This document shows, piece by piece, positions 39,596-51,557 of a stretch of 55,185 nt of DNA (the stretch's first letter is position 1; the number at the start of each line of letters is the position of its first letter). This DNA comes from Octopus sinensis (Eukaryota), in NCBI RefSeq assembly GCF_006345805.1, contig NW_021833730.1, forward strand, positions 1 to 55,185, in the 5' to 3' direction. Below the pieces are notes generated by a model. The model searched no databases. It saw only the letters and a list, made by a program, of their open reading frames with translations, and was not told where the DNA came from. The position numbers were made by a program, and so were the translations under genes.

Positions 39596-42500
39596 TGTAT
39601 AAACCTCAATACATACCATGTGATTACATCCACCATTCTTCTCTATGCAAACGTGACATCTTGGACACTGTGAAAGAGAAAAATAAAATTTAAAAAATTT
39701 TTCAAATAAATATGAGATTTAACCCTTTAGTATTTAAACCGGCCATATCCGGCCAAAATATTTAATCTGTTTTATGTTCAAACTGACCAGATCCAGGCTC
39801 TCACACCTACCCTACAATGTTATTCTACATTAAGTAATTACACCATCAAGATCTTGAAGATATGAGATAATGCACGATTAATTCAAATCAATGGGAATCA
39901 ATAAGCATTATGTTTGATTGAATAATCAGAAAACTAAAGGGTTAAAAAGATAGAAAAATGCAGGCATGGCTGTGTGGTAAGACGCTTGCTTCTCAACCAC
40001 ATGGTTCCAGGTTCAGTCCTACAGTGTGGTACCTTGTGCAAGTGTTTTCTACTATAGCCTTCGGCCAACCAATGCTTTGTGAGTGGATTTGGTAGATGGA
40101 AACTGAAAGAAGCCCGTCGTGTGTGTGTGTGTGTGTCTGTCCCCCACCACTGCTCGACAGCTGGTGTTGGTGTGTCTATGTCCCCGTAACTTAGCGGTTC
40201 AGCAAAAGGAACCAATGGAATAAGCACTAGGCTTACAAACAATAAGTCTTGGGGTCAATTTGTTCAACTAAAGGCGGCACTCCAGCATGGCCGCAATCAG
40301 ATGACTGAAACAAGTATAAGAATAAATTGTTTAATATTTTCAGAATTCATCATCATCATCAGCGTTTAACGTCCGTTCTCCATGCTAGCATGGGTTGGAC
40401 GGTTCGACCAGGGATCTGGGAAGCCAGAAGCCTGCACCAGGCTCCGGTCTTATCTGGCAACGTTTCTACAGCTGGATGCCCTTCCTATCGCCAACCACTC
40501 CGTGAGTGTAGTGGGTGCTTTTTACGTGCCACCTGCACTGGTGCCAGGCGAGGCTGGCATCGGCCACGGTCGGATTGGTGCATTTTATGTGCCACCTGCA
40601 CGGAAGCCAGTCGAGGCGGCACTGGCTTCGGCCACGATTCGGATAGTGCTTTTTACGTATCTCCAGTCCAGGGGTCCTGGCATCTGCTGGGTGCCAGTTA
40701 TAGGATTTTGCAACAAAGGCTGTGTATTTCAGCGGAAATATCCTCGTCATGTGACTTAGCTTCCAGATCTTTCCATCATGTTTGTTTTAATCCTTTTGAT
40801 ACAAATCCACCAGAGGCTACCCTGGGGTTTTATGATACAAATTTGCTGTTTTAAAATGATTTAAATTAAAACATTCAACCAAAATGTAAAGTATACTAGC
40901 CATCTCAATATGGCTAACCACTAAGGGTGGGTGTTACTGTAGCTTTTAGCCCCAAGAGATCATATATACGACGGGCTTCTTTCAGTTTCCATCTACCAAA
41001 TCTACTCACAAGGCATTGGTCGGCCCGAGGCTATAGTAGAAGACACTTGCTCAAGGTGCCACGCAGTGGGACTGAACCCGGAACCATGTGGTTGGTTAGC
41101 AAGCTACTTACCACACAGCCACCCCTGCGCCTACAAATAAGCATACACACACACACGCTTGCATACACATAAATACGTGCACACTCATAAAAGCATACAC
41201 TTACAAGCATACTATACAGACACACACATGGACATACATCCATACACAAATCCACATAAACATGCATGTACACAGGCACACACATACACGTCCATACAAC
41301 ACACACACACATATACATTCCTTCACACGCATACACATAAAATTTAAAACACACACACACATACATGTATACCCTTAAACTTTCACACACATACACACAC
41401 ACACATACCCACAAATACCCACTCTCTCACACACACACACACCCTACCCCCTCTCACCATACCACACCCCCATACCCCACAACTACCCCACTCTCACACC
41501 ATACACACACACATACCCACACAAATACCCACTCTCCACACATACACACACACACATACCCCCACAAATACCCACTCTCACACATACACACACACAATAC
41601 CCACACAAATACCCACTCTCACACATAACACACACACCATACCCACACAATACCCACTCTCACACATACACACACACAATACCCACACAAATACCCACTT
41701 CCACACATACACACACACATCCCCACACAAATACCCACTCTCACACATACACACACACATACCCACACAAATACCCACTCTACACATACACCACACCCCT
41801 ACCCACACAATACCCACTCTCACACTACAACACACCCATACCCACACACTACCCACTCTCACACATACACACACACACATCCCCACACAATACCCACTCT
41901 CACACATACACACACCCACCTACCCACACAAATACCCACTCTCACACATACACACACCATATACCCACACAAATACCCACTCACACATACCCACACAATA
42001 CCCACTCTCACACATACACACAAATCCCCACACCAATACCCACTCTCACACCTACACACCACACATACCCACACAAATACCCACTCTCACACATACACCA
42101 CACCACATACCCACACAATACCCACTCTCCACATACACACACACAACATACCCACACAAATACCCACTCTCACACATACACATACCCAACAAATACCCAC
42201 TCTCACACATAACCCACACACACCCCCACACTAATACCCACTCTCACACACACAACACACACATACCCACACCAATACCCCTCTCACACATAGACACACA
42301 CACATACCCACACAAATACCCCACTCTACACATACACACCACACATCCCCACACAATACCCACTCTCACACATACACCCCCACACATACCCACACAAATA
42401 CCCACACTAATACCCACTCTCACACATACACCCCCACACATACCCACCTAATCCCCCACCTCACACTACACACACACAATACCCACCAAATACCCACCCT

Positions 42501-45500
42501 CACACATACCCACACAAATACCCACCCTCACACATACACACACACATACCCACACAAATACCCACTCTCACACATACACACACAATACCCACACAAATAC
42601 CCACTCTCACACATACCACATACCCACACAAATACCCCACTCTACACATACACACACACACATAACCCACACAAATACCCACTCTCACACCATACACACA
42701 CCACACCCCACACAAATACCCACTCTCACACATACACCACACCATACCCACACAAATACCACTCTCACACATACACACACACACATACCCACACAATACC
42801 CACTCTCCACATACCCACACAATACCCCTCTCACACATACCCAACATACCCACACAATACCCACTCTCACACTACACCCCCCCACACATACCACACCCTA
42901 CCCCCACTCCCACTACACATACCACACACAACATACCCACACAAATACCCACTCTCACACATACACACACACACATACCCACACAAATACCCACTCTCAC
43001 ACATACACACACACACATACCCACACAAATACCCACTCTCACACATACACACACACACATACCCACACAAATACCCACTCTCACACATACACACACACAC
43101 ATACCCACACAAATACCCACTCTCACACATACACACACACACATACCCACACAAATACCCACTCTCACACATACACACACACACATACCCACACAAATAC
43201 CCACTCTCACACATACACACCACACATACCCACACAAATACCCACTCTCACACATACACACACACACTACCCACACAAATACCACTCTCACACATACACA
43301 CACACACATACCACACACAATACCCACTCTCACACATACACACACACACAATACCCACACAAATACCCACTCTCACACATACACACACACACATACCCAC
43401 ACTAATACCCACTCTCACACATACACACACACACATACCCACACTAATACCCACTCTCACACATACACACACACACATACCCACACAAATACCCACCCTC
43501 ACACATACACACACACACATACCCACACAAATACCCACTCTCACACATACACAAACACCCACACAAATACCCACTCTCACACACATTACACACACGCACA
43601 CATACATAAACGCCGTTAGCCTAAATGTACCCACATACCTCAACGTACACTGAACACGATGCCTTCCAATTCCCACACCGCCCCCACCTACTGCCAACAC
43701 GGGCCCTTCAAAGCCATGAAGTCGTTGTCGAGAAGAACGGTGGTCTCCTTGGCAACGCTTACGACGTTGATTTCCCTACTGCTTCACTGCCTTCCCCACT
43801 GCTTCACGAGGGAGGGAAAGAAGGGGAGGGGCAACACAGGTGCAGGTGTGAGTATGGACGCCGACAACGCTGCCACCGACACACGAGGAATTGGAAGAAC
43901 CCAGACGACAGCTTCACAGTCAACTACTACTGCTACGGACAACTCTGCCACGACCACCACCAACTATGGCGAAAGAATGTATCTGGTGGACGCGCCTGAA
44001 AGGATTAGAGACAAACGTTTTCCTCTCTGGTCAATCTCTCGTCAACAAGAGACACAGAGAGAGAAGGGAAGAGAAGAGAGAGAGAAGGAAAAGACAAAGA
44101 GAGAGATAAAGAAAATTGGGATAGAGAGAGAGAGAGAGATGGAGGAGTGGGATAGAGAGAGGGGGAGGAAGAGAGAAAGGGAGAGAAAGGACAAGAAAGA
44201 GAAAGAAAAGTGAGAACAAGAGATAGAGGATAGAGGTGAAGGAGAGAACAGAGAGGTATGGAGACAAGAGGGAGGGGGAAAACAGAGAAAGACAGAGAGA
44301 TAAAGTGGGACAGAGAGAGAGATAGAGAGATAAAGTGGGACAGAGAGAGAGATAGAGAGATAAAGTGGGACAGAGAGAGAGAGATAGAGAGATAAAGTGG
44401 GACAGAGAGAGAGATAGAGAGATAAAGTGGGACAGAGAGAGAGATAGAGAGAGAAAGTGGGACAGAGAGAGAGATAGAGAGATAAAGTGGGACAGAGAGA
44501 GAGATAGAGAGATGGAAGACAGAGAGAGAGAGAGAGAAGAAGTGAGTGACTTACATCTTTAGTGTGAGCCGATATGTAGTTTGCAGTCTCGGAATCATCG
44601 GCACACTTTGTTAACCATTTCTTGATGGTATTACAATCAGTGGGAGCGTGGTATTCTATTCCGCATCTGAAACTGGAAGGAGAAAGAGAGAGAGAGAGAA
44701 AGAGAGAGAATGGGTGAGATGGAAGTGGATGATGACAGACAGACAGACAAAGAAATGGAGAAGAAAGAAGGAGAAGGAAAATAGGGTCTTTTCGGTTTGA
44801 ACGGCAGTTTTAAAAATAATTTTAGGTAACTAAACACTTTTGAACTTCGTATACTGGTAGAATGTGTTTATAAAACATCTTTTTCTCTTGGCTTTATTGA
44901 GAAAATTCTATAGTTTCTAAGATATTTGTTGGTTTTTTTTCTTCAATTTCTGCGCAGGAGTGGCTGTGTGGTAAGTAGCTTGCTAACCAGCCACATGGTT
45001 CCGGGTTCAGTCCCACTGCGTGGCATCTTGGGCAAGTGTCTTCTGCTATAGCCCCGGGCCAACCAATGCCTTGTGAGTGGATTTGGTAGACGGAAACTGA
45101 AAGAAGCCTGTCGTATATATGTATGTATATATATGCGTGTGTGTGTTTGTCGCCCTAGCATTGCTTGACAACCGATGCTAGTGTGTTTATGTCTCCGTTA
45201 CTTAGCGGTTCGGCAAAAGAGACCGATAGAATAAGTACTGGGCTTACAAAGAATAAGTCCCAGGGTCGATTTGCTCGACTAAAGGCGGTGATCCAGCATG
45301 GCCGCAGTCAAATGACTGAAACAAGTAAAAGAGTAATTTCAACCAATCAATGACGTCTATTGAGGTGAAAACATTCTGTGCCGTATGAATATGTCCCTCG
45401 TTTAAGAAACAGATTGGGTTTATTTACATTTCTGAAGAAAAAAAGATACCCTTTCCCCCACCCCTAACCCTAAAACAGATTGAAATGCAATAGATCGATT

Positions 45501-48072
45501 CTAGGGTCATAATTATGGGTGACAATCTCATATGACACTGCTAGAAAAAACTGCCGGTCAAACCGAAAAGATCCGAAAAATAGAAAGGAAAAGGAATTAA
45601 TGAAAGAAAAAAAAAGAAAAAACAAAAATTCCTGTGGCAAGAAGCTTGCTTACCAACCACATGGTTGCGGGTTCAGTCCCACTGCATGGCACCTTGGGCA
45701 GGTGTCTTCTACTATAGCCTTGGGCTGACCAAAGCCTTGTGAGTGGATTTGGTTGACGGAAACTGAAAGAAGCCCATCGTATATGTGTGTGTGGAGAGGT
45801 GCAGGCTGGCTGTGTGGTAAGAAGCTTACTTCTGAACTACATGGTTCCAGGTTCAGTTCCAGTGCAGTTCCAGTGTTTTCTACTCTAGCCTTGGGCCAAC
45901 TAAAGCCTTGTGAGTGGATTTGGTAGATGGAAACTAAAAGAAGCCCATTATATATATATAGACAGATAGATCGATGGACGGACGGACAGACAGATATATG
46001 TATGTGTTTGTGTATAGGCATGGCTGTGTGCTAAGAAGCCTACTTCCAAACCACATGGTTCCACATTCAGTCCCATGTCTTCTATTATAACCATTGACCA
46101 AACAAAACCTTGAGTCGACTTTGCCCTGCTAGCATGGACAGGATTTTACTAGGGTAGGTTTCCTACAGCCCGATGCCCCTTTCCTGTCTCCAGCCCTCAC
46201 CTGTTTTTCAAGCAAGGTGATATTCCCTTCCCTGCGACCAGACATGTTCTCACAGAATATTGGATATGAATGACACTGCTTGTAGAACAGGGGCACTTGT
46301 TTACAACTATCGTGCAATGCCAACACAAGACAACACACACACACATTTATGTATATGTGAGAGGCGGTATATGTTTAAGGCGACGAGCTGGCAGAAACGT
46401 TAGCACGCCGGGCGAAATGCTTAGCGGTATTTCGTCTGTCGTTACGTTGTGAGTTCAAATTCCGCTGAAGTCGACTTTGCCTTTCATCCTTTCGGGGTCG
46501 ATAAATTAAGTACCAGTTACGCACTGGGGTCGATGTAATCGACTTAATACCTATGTCTGTCCTTGTTTGTCCCCTCTGTGTTTAGCCCCTTGTGGGTAAT
46601 AAAGAAATAGGTATTTCGTCTGCCATTATGTTCTGAGTTCAAATTCTGCCGAGGTCGACTTTGCCTTTCATCCTTTTGGGGTCAATAAATTATGTACCAG
46701 TTACGCACTGGGGGTCGATGTAATCGACTTAATCCCTTTGTTTCTCCTTGTTTTTCCCCTCTATGTTTAGCCCCTTGTGGGCAATAAAGAAATATATATG
46801 TATATGTGACAGGCTTTACTCAGTTTCCACCCACCAAATCCATTTGCAAGGCTCAGGTCAACCCAAGGCTTTAGCAAAAGAAACTCACCCAAGATAATAC
46901 CATGCTATTGCATAAATATATACACGCACAAACATACATACTCAAGTACACACACTACAGGCTTCATTCAGTTTCCATCTAACAATCCACTCACACGGCT
47001 TAGGTCAACCCAAAGCCATCATAGAAGACAATGTCACACAGTGGAACTGAACTCAGAACCATGTGTTATATACATACACACAGACATACATACATATGTA
47101 CAAATACATGAAGGCTTCTTTCAGTTTCCATCCAAAAAATCCACTCGTAAGGCTTAGGTCTGTCTGAAGCTATAGCAGCAGAAGGCACTTGCCCGAGATA
47201 ATACCATGCTGTGGGACTGAACTTGGAACCATGCTGTTGTATATATACATACATACTCACATACTTACTCATGTACACACGACAGGCTTCTTTCAGTTTC
47301 CATCTAGCAAATCCACTCACAGGCTTAAGTTAGCCCAAGGCTATAGTAGAAGACAATGCCACACACTAGGATTGAACTCAGAGTCATGCTGTTATATATA
47401 TATATATATATAACAGCAGGAGTGGCTGTGTGGTAAGTAGCTTGCTAACCAACCACATGGTTCTGGGTTCAGTCCCACTGCATGGCATCTTGGGCATGTG
47501 TCTTCTGTTATAGCCCCGGGCCGACCAATACCTTGTGAGTGGATTTGGTAGACGGAAACTGAAAGAAGCCTGTCGTGTATATATATATATATATATATAC
47601 ATTTCAACATGTGATCTCTTGAGCACCACCAGCAAAAATATTTTTTCCTCTGTCTTCCCTTCTTGGGATCTTTCCTTCTCCTTGTTTCCGACGAAGAGCT
47701 CTGCTCGAAACGTTAAACCCTCCTTCCCTTCTTTCCTGAGCGTCAATAATACTTTAATTGTTCCACGTCCTCGCATTGCTGTGTTTTTTTCTCTTTCTTT
47801 CTGTGTTTTCTTGTTTGGATTAACTTTTTATATATATTATATATATATGTATGTGTGTGTGTGTGTCTGTGTTTGTCCCCCTAGCATTGCTTGACAACCG
47901 ATGCTGGTGTGTTTACGTCCCCCGTCACTAAGCGGTTCGGCAAAAGAGACCGATAGAATAAGTACTGGGCTTACAAAGAATAAGTCCCGGGGTCGATTTG
48001 CTCGTCTAAAGGCAGTGCTCCAGCATGGCTGCAGTCAAATGACTGAAACAAGTAAATGAGTAAAAGAGAGTG

Positions 48073-48111
<39 letters not shown>

Positions 48112-48312
48112 TTGTCCCCCTAGCATTGCTTGACAACCGATGCTGGTGTGTTTACGTCCCCCGTCACTAAGCGGTTCGGCAAAAGAGACCGATAGAATAA
48201 GTACTGGGCTTACAAAGAATAAGTCCCGGGGTCGATATTGCTCGCCTAAAGGCGGTGTTCCAGCATGGCCACAGTCAAATGACTGAAACAAGTAAATGAG
48301 TAAAAGAGAGTG

Positions 48313-48361
<49 letters not shown>

Positions 48362-49408
48362 TTGTCCCCCTAGCATTGCTTGACAACCGATGCTGGTGTG
48401 TTTACGTCCCCCGTCACTAAGCGGTTCGGCAAAAGAGACCGATAGAATAAGTACTGGGCTTACAAAGAATAAGTCCCGGGGTCGATATTGCTCGCCTAAA
48501 AGCGGTGCTCCAGCATGGCCGCAGTCAAATGACTGAAACAAGTAAAAGAGTAAAGAGCAAATATCCTGGCCGGATATGGCCGATTTGAATGCTGAAGGGT
48601 GAAACTTTCCCATTTTAAATTAAAAGAAAAACAAAAGCTGGACGGAAGAAAGAAAAGTGAGGAACAAAGAGAGACTTGTAGAAGACGAGGAGGAGGAGGA
48701 ATAACCAAGAAAATGGGTCTTACCAAAAAGAAGTTTTGCATTTGGAACAGTCCACTTTTTTGGCTTGGGGCTGTGGGGCTCTGACTATTACTGGGCAGTT
48801 GGGACCAGGGCAGAATCGCAACTCAGGATGGGTCTGAAAAGACAAACAGGAAAACAGTAGCATATATAATTTAACTAGCAGTATCGCCCGGCGTTGCTCG
48901 GGTTTGTAAGGGAAATAACTATATAAGCATTTTTAGAGATGTAAAGTATATTAGCCATCTCAATATGGCTAACCACAAGGGGGGGGTGTTACTGTAGCTT
49001 TTTACGTTCTGAGATTTAATAATACATTTTTAGAAAGTTACTTCCCTTATATAAACCGAGCGAAAATTCTTATTACCATCATTATTATTATTATTATTAT
49101 CACTATTACCATTATTATTATTATCACTATTCTTATTACCATCATTATTATTATTATTATTATCACTATTACCATTATTATTATTATCACTATTACCATT
49201 ATTATTATTATCACTATTCTTATTACCATCATTATTATTATTATTATTATCACTATTACCATTATTATTATTATCATTATTATTATTATTATTATCATCA
49301 CTATTATTATTATTATTATCATCATCACTATTACCATTATTATTATCACTATTACCATTATTATTATTATCACTATTATTATTACCATTATTATTATTAT
49401 TATTACCA

Positions 49409-49445
<37 letters not shown>

Positions 49446-49643
49446 CATCTTCATCACTATTACCATTATTATTATCACTATTACCATTATTATTATTATC
49501 ACTATTATTATTACCATCATCATTATTATTATTATTATTACCATCATTATTATTATTATTATTATCATCATCACTATTACCATTATTATTATCACTATTA
49601 CCATTATTATTATTATCATTATTATTATTATTATCACTATTAC

Positions 49644-49674
<31 letters not shown>

Positions 49675-51498
49675 GCCTCACCTTGACGTGGTCCATAAAT
49701 GTAAGTCTCATGTATCGGTCTCGGATGTCCGGCTGACTGAGAACTTCACAGATTATGTTCTCCGGTACGAGCACGTTACACTCCGCTGCCATACACTGAA
49801 TTCCTGCAGAGACACAGAACAGGGTGCGGAGGAAAGAGAAAAAAAAGCAAAACGGTAAGCCATCATCATCACAGAGAGAAAATTGAGGAGAGAGAGGGAG
49901 AGACAAAGCAAAGAAGAAAATGAAAAGGGTACGTACGTGTGGTGACCCCTTGGTAGATTTGTACTTGAAAATATCTATCCCAGCATTCTTTGCAGAAGGG
50001 ATGGCCGCAGGTTAGACACTCCATCCTGTCTCGGGAATACCAGATGGTACAGACGGTGCATACTAAACTGTTAGCTCCAGGATCCTGGAATTAGAGAGGT
50101 TGCAGAGGTCATGTCAATATCACTAAGGTCAGAGGTCACAGAAGTTACATCAACAACATTGGGATCGGCTACAACAGAGGTCACACCAACATTAATGGGC
50201 CAGAGGTCACTTGAATACCATTGGGTCACACCAACATCACTGGGTCAGAAGTCACAGCCATATCATTGGGTCAGAGGTCACATCTGTATCAATGGGTCAA
50301 AAGTCACAGTATGATTGGGTCAGAGGTTACATGAGTATCATTGGGTCAGAGGTCACGAGTATCATTGGGTCGGAGGTTACATCACTGGGTCAGAAGTCAC
50401 AGCCATATCATTGGGTCAGAGGTCACATCTGTATCAATGGGTCAAAAGTCACAGTATGATTGGGTCAGAGGTCAGACAAGCATCAATGGGTCAGAGGGGG
50501 AAAAGGAAAAAAACATCAGATATCACAGACCACATCAACACCATAGACAGAAGTCACACCAACATCAAGAGGTCAGACGACAGAGAAAAGTCACATGACA
50601 GAGAGGTCACATCACAAAGAGAAAGGTCACTGAGCAAACACCACAACATACCATCATCTCTACCGCTGTGGGGCACCATCACCAAAGCAATCGTGGTTTC
50701 CATTGGTATCACCACAACCATCACCCCTACCCCAAACTCCACGATCACTATCAAACCGCCAAACCATCATCACCAACACCACTACCACCACAGCTACCAC
50801 ACTCAGCACCACCACCAACACAACAACCACCATTACTACATCAGCAGCACGCTAGCATGGGTTGGACAGGATCAGGTCAGCCACAGGACCATGATGGGTT
50901 CTAATATCATCATTGGTATGGTTTCTACAGCTTGATGCCCTTCCTACTACCAAACACTTTACAGAGAGGACTGGGCGTCTGTTTGTTTATGTGGCACCAG
51001 CACTAGTGAGGTCACCAGATAATTTGCAAGCCAAAAGAGTCCTCAACTGAATTAAGCATGGGCAGCATTGAAAAAAAAGTGGCTTGTACCAGGTGATGAG
51101 AGGTTAGAGTATGATTAGAGGAACGGAAACGGGTGTTCTGCCATAGGGGAGATACAAGGCTACCTTGGCTGAAGAGAAGAGAGAGGGGAGGGGGGGGGAA
51201 GAGAGACGAGCAGTGGTGATGACAATGATGATCATGGTATTGCTGACAATGATGATGATGATGGTGGTTATGACAATGATGATGATGATGATGGTAGTGG
51301 TGATGATGCCATTGATGATGATGACAATGGTGATGCTGATCGTGATAGCGATGGTGATAGTGATAATGATGATGACAGTTATGGTTGTCGTGGTGATGAA
51401 TAACTTACAACTGAGACAGACCTGTCTTCCACGTTGAATGCCTTTTCGACACAGCTGAAGTTTTTATTATAAATTGCAGAGGAGAATTGCATAGAGAG

Positions 51499-51557
<59 letters not shown>

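Noticed and set aside
41578-43700. Repetitive Cys/Val/Gly ORFs
   Set aside because: 42-bp minisatellite translation
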